From positions 365 to 64,364 of the forward strand of contig CALVID010000004.1 of assembly GCA_944329355.1 (NCBI GenBank): DNA of 64,000 bases, in the 5' to 3' direction. The position numbers were made by a program, and so were the translations under genes. Below the pieces are notes generated by a model. It saw only the letters and a program-made list of their open reading frames with translations. It had not been told where the DNA came from and ran no database searches. Below are positions 9,196-17,422 of the stretch, one piece after another (within the stretch, counting starts at the first letter, position 1; every line of letters starts with the position of its first letter). Origin of the DNA: an uncultured Bacilli bacterium (GTDB lineage Bacteria; Bacillota_I; Bacilli_A; RF39; UBA660).

Positions 9196-9219
9196 AGAAA
9201 AACTTGCTTTAAAGCAAGC
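9196..9219 (-). terminator. Hairpin terminator/attenuator directly after the 72-aa pilin candidate
   Basis: Perfect palindrome CTTGCTTTAAAGCAAG (9203-9218), followed on the minus strand by TTTTTC. Confidence 0.5.
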
Positions 9220-9224
9220 AAATA

Positions 9225-9443
9225 TTATTCACCCTCAGCATTACTTACACATGTATCGTAAGTACTTGATTCATAATCAGAACAACTGCCACCTTTCCAT
9301 ACACCTCCAGCATCAGTACAACAAGCACGTTTTGCTGTATTACTCATCAAACTAGTAATAAGTGGTGTAACAACAGCAACAATAACACCGATTAAAATGA
9401 TAGCTACAACTGTTAAATTAGCTTCTCCAGCTGCTTCTTTCAT
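9225..9443 (-). CDS. Small pilin candidate (Flp-size, non-canonical leader, Cys-rich C-terminus)
   Basis: 72 aa: 'MKEAAGEANLTVVAIILIGVIVAVVTPLI', a single hydrophobic helix, then 5 Cys in the C-terminal 35 aa. It has its own promoter and terminator and sits between the TadC-like and TadE-like genes. Confidence 0.45.
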   Translation of the reverse strand: MKEAAGEANLTVVAIILIGVIVAVVTPLITSLMSNTAKRACCTDAGGVWKGGSCSDYESSTYDTCVSNAEGE

Positions 9444-9467
9444 ATATTATCACCTACCCTCCTATTT

Positions 9468-9506
9468 TCAATTATAACATAATTTAAATTTTTTTTAAAT
9501 GATTAA
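9468..9506 (-). promoter_or_regulatory. Extended -10 promoter of the pilin candidate
   Basis: Minus strand reads TTTAAA, a 17-nt spacer ending in TGT, then TATAAT. The RBS AGGAGGG follows. Confidence 0.45.
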
Positions 9507-10297
9507 TAATTCATCATCATCATCATTGACAAAAGTAGAAATGCCAATATGCCTCCACCTGTGCCAAAAAGCATAACCATAGTCTTATTTTCCATCTTTT
9601 CCAGACGTTCTTTATATTTTTGCTCACGTGCCTTATTCTGTAAAGTAGATATAGTACGTGAAAACATAAGTAACTGTTCTTGTTTATTCTCTTGACTACC
9701 TAAACCTAAACGATATAACAATCTCATCATTCTCATAGAATCGCGCACTGGATATTCATTTGCAAAATCCATATAAGGCTGTACAGATGAATCACCCGCA
9801 TCTATCTTAGCCACTAACTGTCTTAATCCAGGCTTAAATATCTCTGGAGCCGTATCTATTGATCTAGATAAAGCTACCGGAACAGTATAATGTTGAACTA
9901 AAATTTCTAGTCCCTTTAAATAGTATGGAAGCATTAAATTAATTTTATGCAAATTTTGCTTATAATAACTACTAAGTTGCATATAAGGTAACTTAAATAA
10001 AGCAAATCCAATCAACAAAGAAAGTAAAATATAAGCAAATGAAAGTTGATTCATAAAAATAAACAAACAAAAGATAATTCCTACGATCCCATTACGTACA
10101 CGCAAACCATACATCTTATTTACATCAATATCTCCACCATACTTTACCCTTAATAAAAATTCATAATCAGATTCCATTAAAACTCTAAAATATGGCTCAG
10201 TTTCTTTAATGAATTTATTAGAGCTAAAATGATTATTATATTCAAGTAAAAAGATAACAATAATCGCAATAATTATAAATGTTAAACCTATACCCAT
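9503..10297 (-). CDS. TadC-like T2SSF-family platform membrane protein
   Basis: 264 aa with an N-terminal TM, a TM pair, a cytoplasmic helical domain and a C-terminal TM. It abuts the TadB-like ORF with no intergenic gap (stop at 10298-10300, ATG at 10295-10297) and lies downstream of the secretion ATPase. Confidence 0.5.
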   Translation of the reverse strand: MGIGLTFIIIAIIVIFLLEYNNHFSSNKFIKETEPYFRVLMESDYEFLLRVKYGGDIDVNKMYGLRVRNGIVGIIFCLFIFMNQLSFAYILLSLLIGFALFKLPYMQLSSYYKQNLHKINLMLPYYLKGLEILVQHYTVPVALSRSIDTAPEIFKPGLRQLVAKIDAGDSSVQPYMDFANEYPVRDSMRMMRLLYRLGLGSQENKQEQLLMFSRTISTLQNKAREQKYKERLEKMENKTMVMLFGTGGGILAFLLLSMMMMMNY

Positions 10298-11203
10298 TTA
10301 TTCCGCCCCCACATCTTCATTATAATATTTTTCGCCAGATAGAATAAAATATGTATTTAACCAAATAATACCGTGAAGTAAAACTTGAACCCACCAATCA
10401 CCTAACATCTGATTGTATGTTTCCATTCCCAGCATAAATTGAACAAGCATGACCATCAAATAAAGTATAATACCAAATTGTAAAAACTTCTTGTGGAAAG
10501 CAGCTCTATCAATTCTATCACGATAAACGGATTCAACAAGCATATCAATATCCTGACTCATATTTTCAAGTGATTCACCAGAATCTCTAGAACCTTCGTT
10601 AGTAATCTGTAAAAATAATTGATGCATATTTCTAACTATATAAAAGTCATATTTGGCATTCATATAATTAAGTGATTGATCGATTGTACCATTTTCATAA
10701 GCCATATCGATCATCATTTTAACATCTGACTTAACAGGATCTTCAAGCACATTTGAAGAATATACACCTTCTAAAGCCTTAACAAAAGATTGTGTGGTCG
10801 CAAATTCCATAATTGTATTAGTAGTATATACTTGAATCTGTTCAAATATAAACTCGCTATACAGTCTTTTACATCTTAAATATGTCAAATATGGAATCAC
10901 CAATATAGACAAAGCTGAATATATAAGTGAAACAACAATATTATAAAAATATAAATATGTTACAACTGCTGAACTTACAGCAAATACAATTACCTGAATT
11001 GCATATTGTCTAGGAGTATATTCTTGTCCTAACTCCTTAACCTTTTCCCTAACAACTTTAAATGAATAAGGAGCATACTTGTCATAAATTACACCAATTT
11101 TTTTATTTATAAATTTATAAACATTATTACTATTACTATTATTTCGGTATAAAATAATAAATATAGCAATCACCAAAACAATTAAGAATATTATAAATGT
11201 CAT
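10298..11203 (-). CDS. TadB-like T2SSF-family platform membrane protein
   Basis: 301 aa with the same topology as TadB: N-terminal TM, two TMs, a roughly 130-aa cytoplasmic domain, and C-terminal TMs. It lies immediately downstream of the TadA-like ATPase. Confidence 0.5.
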   Translation of the reverse strand: MTFIIFLIVLVIAIFIILYRNNSNSNNVYKFINKKIGVIYDKYAPYSFKVVREKVKELGQEYTPRQYAIQVIVFAVSSAVVTYLYFYNIVVSLIYSALSILVIPYLTYLRCKRLYSEFIFEQIQVYTTNTIMEFATTQSFVKALEGVYSSNVLEDPVKSDVKMMIDMAYENGTIDQSLNYMNAKYDFYIVRNMHQLFLQITNEGSRDSGESLENMSQDIDMLVESVYRDRIDRAAFHKKFLQFGIILYLMVMLVQFMLGMETYNQMLGDWWVQVLLHGIIWLNTYFILSGEKYYNEDVGAE

Positions 11204-11217
11204 AGTATCCTCCTCCT

Positions 11218-12498
11218 TTATTCAAATAAATTTTCTGTTTTAACATCTGAATTAACCGGTGTAGACACCGTCTGTTCAAATACATTAGGTACATTTTCTT
11301 GAGTTTGCTTATCAGTTGATTCTAAATTAGAAGTATCTTGAACAAAAGAATTAACTGCCGGTTTTACATCATTAGTCGTTTCTGAAGTACTAACCTCTTC
11401 ACTATTAGATTTTAAAGACTCAGCTGCAACATAAGTATCACCAGCCATATTTTGTAATTCTTTTGGTAAAAATACACCTTGAACTTCCAAATAATCGATT
11501 AAATAAGGACTAGGATTATTCCTAATAACCTTACCATCAGCACCTTTTCTATAAATAACATTATGTCTAGCTTCATTTGTATCACTAGTAACATAAAACT
11601 CTGTAACTTCAGCAATTTCTCTCCTAAAATTCTTAGTTGCCTTATCTTGATAACCCCTGACATATATTCCAATTTGAATATATCTACATATAGAACTCAT
11701 AAACTGATCCAAATCTTGGTTAGTTTCAAGCAAACTATACATACGGTTTGGAATAGAAGAAGCCTTATCTGCATGAATAGTAGATAAAATATAATGCCCA
11801 GATGAAATTGAGTTACGTACTGCAAGTACAGCTTCAGCACTACGAACCTCAGAAAGTAAAATCCATTTTGGATTTTGTCTCATACAAGCTTCCAGAATAT
11901 CTGTATAAGTAGCAATATTATTTGTTTTAAGAGCAACTATATCGCGGTGTGGAAAAATCTTGTCTAAATGTAATTCTAATGTATCCTCTATTGTAATTAC
12001 CTTTTCATTATCAGCAATCTTAGAAGCCAAATATTTAACTAACTCTGTCTTACCAGAACCAGTTTCTCCACAAACAATCATGTTGCAATGTCCGAGAACA
12101 CATTGTTCTAAAAAATCAATAATATCTAATTCAACATATTTATCAGCTACTATCTTTTCTTTTTGCAAACGAATTTTTGCTGGTGTCTTACGGACAACAC
12201 AAGCAATACCATTTTGCGAAATAGAATCATGGATAAAAGCTAAACGTAACTCTGCACTCTCAGCATCCAAGAAAGGATGTGCCATATTAAATGTCTTTCC
12301 CATAACATTTGAACATTGAAACGCTAGCTTTTCCATAAATGCATTATTAATAGCCTGATTTTCAATTCTAAATATTCCTTTAGATAATGTTTTTAAATGA
12401 ATTTGACCACCATTATCATAAGAAATATCGGTTATATCATCATCTTCTAAATATGGTTTTAAAGGACCAAAATCTATTTGGTCAAACATATTATTCAT
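11218..12498 (-). CDS. TadA/CpaF (VirB11-superfamily, T2SSE) secretion ATPase
   Basis: Walker A 'CGETGSGKTE', 'VITIEDTLELHL', 'MRQNPKWILLSEVRSAEA' and 'STIHADKA' match the CpaF/VirB11 conserved boxes. It also has a roughly 90-aa Ser/Thr/acidic C-terminal tail. Confidence 0.85.
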   Translation of the reverse strand: MNNMFDQIDFGPLKPYLEDDDITDISYDNGGQIHLKTLSKGIFRIENQAINNAFMEKLAFQCSNVMGKTFNMAHPFLDAESAELRLAFIHDSISQNGIACVVRKTPAKIRLQKEKIVADKYVELDIIDFLEQCVLGHCNMIVCGETGSGKTELVKYLASKIADNEKVITIEDTLELHLDKIFPHRDIVALKTNNIATYTDILEACMRQNPKWILLSEVRSAEAVLAVRNSISSGHYILSTIHADKASSIPNRMYSLLETNQDLDQFMSSICRYIQIGIYVRGYQDKATKNFRREIAEVTEFYVTSDTNEARHNVIYRKGADGKVIRNNPSPYLIDYLEVQGVFLPKELQNMAGDTYVAAESLKSNSEEVSTSETTNDVKPAVNSFVQDTSNLESTDKQTQENVPNVFEQTVSTPVNSDVKTENLFE

Positions 12499-12500
12499 TA

Positions 12501-13556
12501 TTATTGCCCCACATTAGTTGAATTAGTCATTGGAATATCAATTGTAAGTGAATGTGCAGTACCATCATCTTCTTGAACAGTAGCCGTAAGAGTTCCATTA
12601 CCTGTATAAATAAGTTCTTGCGTTGTTTTAGTTACTGTTCTAGATCTCTCATCATCTTTAACATATGTACAAACATACTCTTCACCACAGCCTTCTGGGA
12701 AAGTAATTGTAACAGTATTTGGATTTCCACCAGTTTCAGTAACCTTTGGCATTAATTCATCATTCTCAGCTGTAATTTCTGGTTCAGGAATATTAACAGA
12801 ATGTGCATCAATATAATCAACTAATTGTTGTGTAGAAACAGCTGTCGCACCTTCAGTATCAACTTCACCACCATGAGGTACTGGATATAATTCAACACCT
12901 AATACATCCATATAAGAAGCTTTTTTCAAAAGCGTATATAAATTACTCTTTAAACCAAAGATTAACATTGCAGGAGTTCTTTCTTCACTAGTATTTTCAA
13001 ATACAGCTCTACCAGAAGAATCCTTAACAGCAAGTACTTCGATATTTTCAATTAACTTACCGATCATAATTTTTTCATCAGTACCATCTCCAACCTTCAT
13101 ATAAATATCGATCATATTACCAGGAAAAATTGAATTACCATAAGTACTTTCCATATCTACTGGGAAATTATAAACAACTTCACCAGATTTAACTTTAGCA
13201 AACGCTGCATCAGGTAGCTCATCACCTGAAATTACTGTATCAGTATAAAACATACTACCTTCTGGAATAACCGAATTGACATTCGAATACATTCCAACAA
13301 TTTGTGATCTAGATCTAATCACATTATCACTAAGTGAAACATTAGGCATATCAACAAGTTGTACCATATCATCAGTGATCTCTGTTCTAGGTTGAATAGT
13401 TTGTGTAGCAACAGGAACTTGTACAGGTTCTACTGCATTGTTGATTTGTGTACTATAACCAACATATAACAAGATTAGAATTATTACAACCCCAATAATT
13501 GTTACCACATTTTTGTTTCTAAAAAGTTTCTTGGCTGACGCCATAAAATTATCCAT
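12501..13556 (-). CDS. CpaB/RcpC-like pilus assembly protein
   Basis: N-terminal TM, a SAF-like segment 'VQVPVATQTIQPRTEITDDMV...IPEGSMFYTDTVI', then 'IFPGNMIDIYMKV...IENIEVLAVKD', like the CpaB core. Confidence 0.65.
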   Translation of the reverse strand: MDNFMASAKKLFRNKNVVTIIGVVIILILLYVGYSTQINNAVEPVQVPVATQTIQPRTEITDDMVQLVDMPNVSLSDNVIRSRSQIVGMYSNVNSVIPEGSMFYTDTVISGDELPDAAFAKVKSGEVVYNFPVDMESTYGNSIFPGNMIDIYMKVGDGTDEKIMIGKLIENIEVLAVKDSSGRAVFENTSEERTPAMLIFGLKSNLYTLLKKASYMDVLGVELYPVPHGGEVDTEGATAVSTQQLVDYIDAHSVNIPEPEITAENDELMPKVTETGGNPNTVTITFPEGCGEEYVCTYVKDDERSRTVTKTTQELIYTGNGTLTATVQEDDGTAHSLTIDIPMTNSTNVGQ

Positions 13557-13583
13557 ATTCTCATCCTCTCTTTTCTTTTATTT

Positions 13584-13985
13584 TTAATAAGGTACTTCCA
13601 AAATAGCATCAATTCTGTTTTGCAAATCAAATGTTATTTCAGTGCTACCTCCAACACCTACCACACCGCTTTGTACACTTAAGCTTACCTTTGGTGGTTT
13701 CTCATTAATATCATAGAATTTAATTGTATATTGTCTAGTTCTACTAGCACTTTCAGCATATCTTCTAATAAAATTCTCTACAAATTTCTCTCTGAAAATC
13801 CTTATTTCTCCTGTAGATCTATAAGAAGAATAATCAAACGCATCCCACATAGCTGCCTCGGTAACTTCTTTTAATAATTGTGAGTTATGTTCATCAGTAT
13901 TAGTTAAATTCTGAAACAAAACAATAAAGAATAATGAAGCAACACCTAAAAATATAACAAATATTCCCCAAAATGATTCTTTCAT
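13584..13985 (-). CDS. Small N-terminally anchored protein (possible minor pseudopilin)
   Basis: 133 aa. 'MKESFWGIFVIFLGVASLFFIVLF' shares the M-K/R-E + TM start with the three pilin-like ORFs. Confidence 0.3.
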   Translation of the reverse strand: MKESFWGIFVIFLGVASLFFIVLFQNLTNTDEHNSQLLKEVTEAAMWDAFDYSSYRSTGEIRIFREKFVENFIRRYAESASRTRQYTIKFYDINEKPPKVSLSVQSGVVGVGGSTEITFDLQNRIDAILEVPY

Positions 13986-13995
13986 GTTTTACCTC

Positions 13996-16746
13996 CTAAA
14001 CATCTTTATCACAAGTATAAAAATTGGTTCCGTTCACTTTAGAACATACTCCTGATGTTTGTACCTCACTTCTTAAAAATTCACTAATACAAGCTCTACC
14101 ATTATCTTCACACTTTAAAGTCCAGTCATCATATTTATTCTTATCATTATAACTCCTAATTGATGCGATTGTGTTAGAGTCTAAAGTTACTTCATACAAT
14201 ATATGGTTCTCACGATAAACTTTACCACCGTTAACCGTTCCACCACGTTCTCTAGTAATAAAATGTTTTACCGTATTATTATCAAAACTACAATCAATTT
14301 TTTGCGTTTTAATATTATAATTACACCAATTTGAACCAGTATCCCTTTGTTCAGCCCCTTGTCCAGGGAAAGGATTTTCTAAATCTATTGTTCTATAAAT
14401 GACATCTTTACCGCCATATCCCGGACATGTTCCATCTGGCATTGGAGCACATGAACCATCCGGACAACAACCATAAGGACATTCATCCTCAGGGCAATAA
14501 GGTTCTGGTGGACAAATAGCATCATATTCTTCTTTAGTTATTTCTTTACCTTCAAAATCATAATATTTACCATTTTCGATTCGACAATCTTCAGGACAAA
14601 CTTCATAATATTCTTCTTTACTAACTTCACTACCATCACCTAAATAATATTTACCATCCTCAATTCGGCAAATACCATCATTAGGATCTCTAGTAACCGG
14701 ACAGATATAGCCAGAATTACTATTTTCTAAATCATTTTGAACTATACAGTCATTATTATTTCCTATTTTATTTTTTGTTCTATTTGCAACACAACTATAT
14801 AATCCAGAATGATATCCACCACTACCATTAGAATATAGTTTTGCACATGCACTTTGAGTAATTTCACTATATTCCTCATCATCCAAAGAACCTTTAACAA
14901 TTGAATTATTTGAAACGGCACCAGCCTTTATAGCTTTTTGATATATATTTTCATCAATTGGATTATTTGGATCAGTAAAATAATTATTGTCCATTTTATA
15001 AGCTTCTTTTATTTTACTATTAGGATCAGTTGGCAATTCATAAGATAATTGTATATCAGCAATTTTATCTTGACCAGTTGTTTCATTTTCAAATGAAATA
15101 GGTAAATTAGCAATACCAACATTTCTATATTCATTTTTTAATTTTTCAGCAGAAATTCCATTAGGATCATAAATTGATAATCCATCTTGTAATCTAATAT
15201 ATCTATAAACATCATCTTTTAATGTATAAGATACTGTTTGGGTCATTGTAAGCATATTATTTGAAACATTAGAACTATATGTATTATCAGCAAATTCATC
15301 CTTTACTAATTCAATAGATTTTTTACTATACTTACTTTCCTCTTTATTATACTCTGTATATTTTAATTTTACAGTTCCAGCATTATCTTTAAATGTAGAA
15401 CGACTATTTCTTTCAAAATTATTTAAAGCATTGACATTGTTAGTACTACTTTTACATTGTCTAGTTCTAGTAACTGTAATAGGTTTAAAATTAGGTGGTG
15501 TTACTGTCAAAGTAGCTAATTCCTTGTTTGTTGCATTAACTGTAAAATAACGGCCTGTATTAACCCTAATATGATTAGTTAAATCAGGGAAATTTACATA
15601 ATACTCTTCTCTACAGAAAACACCATTTCCTTTGTCATAATACTTTCTTGCATTATCCACATTTGCATCAGGACTAGCTAAAATAGCCTCCCAATTAGTA
15701 GTATCTTGAATAACATAAGCTTTATTACTAAAACCTGTTGCTAGACAATTGACACATGCTGCATCTATAGAATAATCATAATCCTTAAAAGGATCAGTTG
15801 AAAACCACAAAATATTATAACCGGAACCATTATTAGGATCAGCGAATTGAGGTGCCAAATCTCTAACAATCAACCCTTTCCAAGCATTCGCAAAATAATT
15901 TTTCTCCCAAATAGCATTTCTTACACCCATATCATCTCTAGTAGTAAACAAATCATTGCCTGCTTTTGTTACATTAGGAGAAATATACGCTGTTCTATCT
16001 CCAACTAAATATTTCTTTATAGCATTATTACTAGCCGCATCTTTTCTAGTCATAGCCTTCCACCAATCAGAAGCTCCCACACAGCCATTTTGAAATATTT
16101 GAATTTTTTGAATCATAATTCTATACCCAAATGATTCATATCTTCCAGGATTTTCATCTTGCTTTCTTTGTAAATCCTTTTTATCTACCCCAAAGCCTTG
16201 ACTACTAGTTAAATAACTCTCTATTAAACGTTTATTTTCCGGAATATCATCATCTAACCCAGGACCAAATATACTATCTATTGTTTCGCCATTTAACAAT
16301 CTGTTTGATAAAGTTGCTAAAGGACCATCCGTTACATATTTAACACCATATTTTGCTGTATTTGTTTTCTCCACTGCATTTGTATATTCTTTTACCGTCG
16401 CAATTGTAGTATCTACACCAGCTTGACCCCATATTATATCATTATAAGCTCTACTAGGTATTTGTACAATTACCGTTTTTAAAATTTCACGTCCACCATT
16501 TTGCTCTTTATAAACCAAATCATATCTAAAAGCTGCTGCACTGGCGATACCTTTATAACCATCACCATCTTCAAAACCAACTTGCCAATAAGTATCTGGT
16601 AAACATGATCCAGGTGCACCTGATGCACCACCAGTATTTCCACTATGATCTCCTGTTCCTCCATCCTTAGCCGCAAAAATTATAGTAGGGGCTATAGTCA
16701 TAACAAGAATAAAAACCATTAACACCGCAACAATTTTCTTTTTCAT
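13996..16746 (-). CDS. Large secreted Cys-rich protein (candidate adhesin/fibre-associated)
   Basis: 916 aa with signal peptide 'MKKKIVAVLMVFILVMTIAPTIIFA'. It has the C-terminal tandem modules 'CRIEDGKYYLGDGSEVSKEEYYEVCPED' and 'CRIENGKYYDFEGKEITKEEYDAICPPE', then 'CPEDECPYGCCPDGSC'. Confidence 0.6.
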   Translation of the reverse strand: MKKKIVAVLMVFILVMTIAPTIIFAAKDGGTGDHSGNTGGASGAPGSCLPDTYWQVGFEDGDGYKGIASAAAFRYDLVYKEQNGGREILKTVIVQIPSRAYNDIIWGQAGVDTTIATVKEYTNAVEKTNTAKYGVKYVTDGPLATLSNRLLNGETIDSIFGPGLDDDIPENKRLIESYLTSSQGFGVDKKDLQRKQDENPGRYESFGYRIMIQKIQIFQNGCVGASDWWKAMTRKDAASNNAIKKYLVGDRTAYISPNVTKAGNDLFTTRDDMGVRNAIWEKNYFANAWKGLIVRDLAPQFADPNNGSGYNILWFSTDPFKDYDYSIDAACVNCLATGFSNKAYVIQDTTNWEAILASPDANVDNARKYYDKGNGVFCREEYYVNFPDLTNHIRVNTGRYFTVNATNKELATLTVTPPNFKPITVTRTRQCKSSTNNVNALNNFERNSRSTFKDNAGTVKLKYTEYNKEESKYSKKSIELVKDEFADNTYSSNVSNNMLTMTQTVSYTLKDDVYRYIRLQDGLSIYDPNGISAEKLKNEYRNVGIANLPISFENETTGQDKIADIQLSYELPTDPNSKIKEAYKMDNNYFTDPNNPIDENIYQKAIKAGAVSNNSIVKGSLDDEEYSEITQSACAKLYSNGSGGYHSGLYSCVANRTKNKIGNNNDCIVQNDLENSNSGYICPVTRDPNDGICRIEDGKYYLGDGSEVSKEEYYEVCPEDCRIENGKYYDFEGKEITKEEYDAICPPEPYCPEDECPYGCCPDGSCAPMPDGTCPGYGGKDVIYRTIDLENPFPGQGAEQRDTGSNWCNYNIKTQKIDCSFDNNTVKHFITRERGGTVNGGKVYRENHILYEVTLDSNTIASIRSYNDKNKYDDWTLKCEDNGRACISEFLRSEVQTSGVCSKVNGTNFYTCDKDV

Positions 16747-16759
16747 AAATCCACCTCTA

Positions 16760-17386
16760 TCATCTTCGTCTCTTTTTCAAAAGACAATATATAATATATA
16801 TCAATAAAACAAACCCAATAAATATGAACATAAATATATTTTTATGTAGTTCCTCTACTATTATTTGTAAAAAATCTTTTTTCGTACTTGCTTTTTCTTG
16901 AATCTTCTTATTTAATTTTTGTTCATAATTATTTAAAGCTGTATCAAATTGATCATCATCAAAAGTAAAGTTGCCCCATTTTTGACAATACTCAAAATTA
17001 GGATATCGCTGACATTCTTCTCTACTAGCATATATATTTAAAGTTGGCAAAGTAATTGTTTTTGTTAATAACATTTCACCTCGACAATTTGCATCATTAG
17101 AATATATATTAAAATTAACTGTTCCACTATAATAATGAAAAGTTTTCTCACCCGCACCATAATATGTCCTTCCATAATCGTCAACTACATATAAATCATC
17201 TGTCAAATTAGTCATAAAAATTGTAAAATCTTTATCATTATACAAATATGAAAGTTGAACATTACTGGCAAGTCTAGACAACTCTGCCTGTCTTTGATAA
17301 TCACAATCAGCAAATATCATCAAAGGAGAAACAATCATACACAAAAAAGCAAAAACAATATATTTGATTTTTTTATTTAGCCTCAT
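16760..17386 (-). CDS. Secreted, C-terminally anchored Cys-containing protein
   Basis: The start was moved to the ATG at 17386 (RBS AGGAGG 8 nt upstream). It has signal peptide 'MRLNKKIKYIVFAFLCMIVSPLMIFA' and a C-terminal TM followed by 'KKRRR'. Confidence 0.5.
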   Translation of the reverse strand: MRLNKKIKYIVFAFLCMIVSPLMIFADCDYQRQAELSRLASNVQLSYLYNDKDFTIFMTNLTDDLYVVDDYGRTYYGAGEKTFHYYSGTVNFNIYSNDANCRGEMLLTKTITLPTLNIYASREECQRYPNFEYCQKWGNFTFDDDQFDTALNNYEQKLNKKIQEKASTKKDFLQIIVEELHKNIFMFIFIGFVLLIYIIYCLLKKRRR

Positions 17387-17422
17387 ATGCCTATCCTCCT
17401 TTTTATTATAACACATTTAAAA

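Noticed and set aside
7158-13556. Alternative reading of the pilus genes as a ComG/type IV competence pilus or T2SS
   Set aside because: - There is no single large PilC/ComGB-type platform protein; two ~260-300-aa T2SSF-like proteins are present instead.
- A CpaB-like SAF protein and a ParA-like protein are present.
- The pilin candidates lack the G-F/M-T-L-x-E prepilin motif.

The Tad-type assignment fits better.
16760-17416. Longer 5' extensions given in the ORF track for several genes (for example 16760-17416, 24143-24736, 28155-28814, 29608-30018, 31835-32428, 41276-42025, 45443-46135, 47423-49240)
   Set aside because: Internal ATG codons with proper Shine-Dalgarno sequences fit better. 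They also give homologue-consistent N-termini or avoid long overlaps with the upstream gene.
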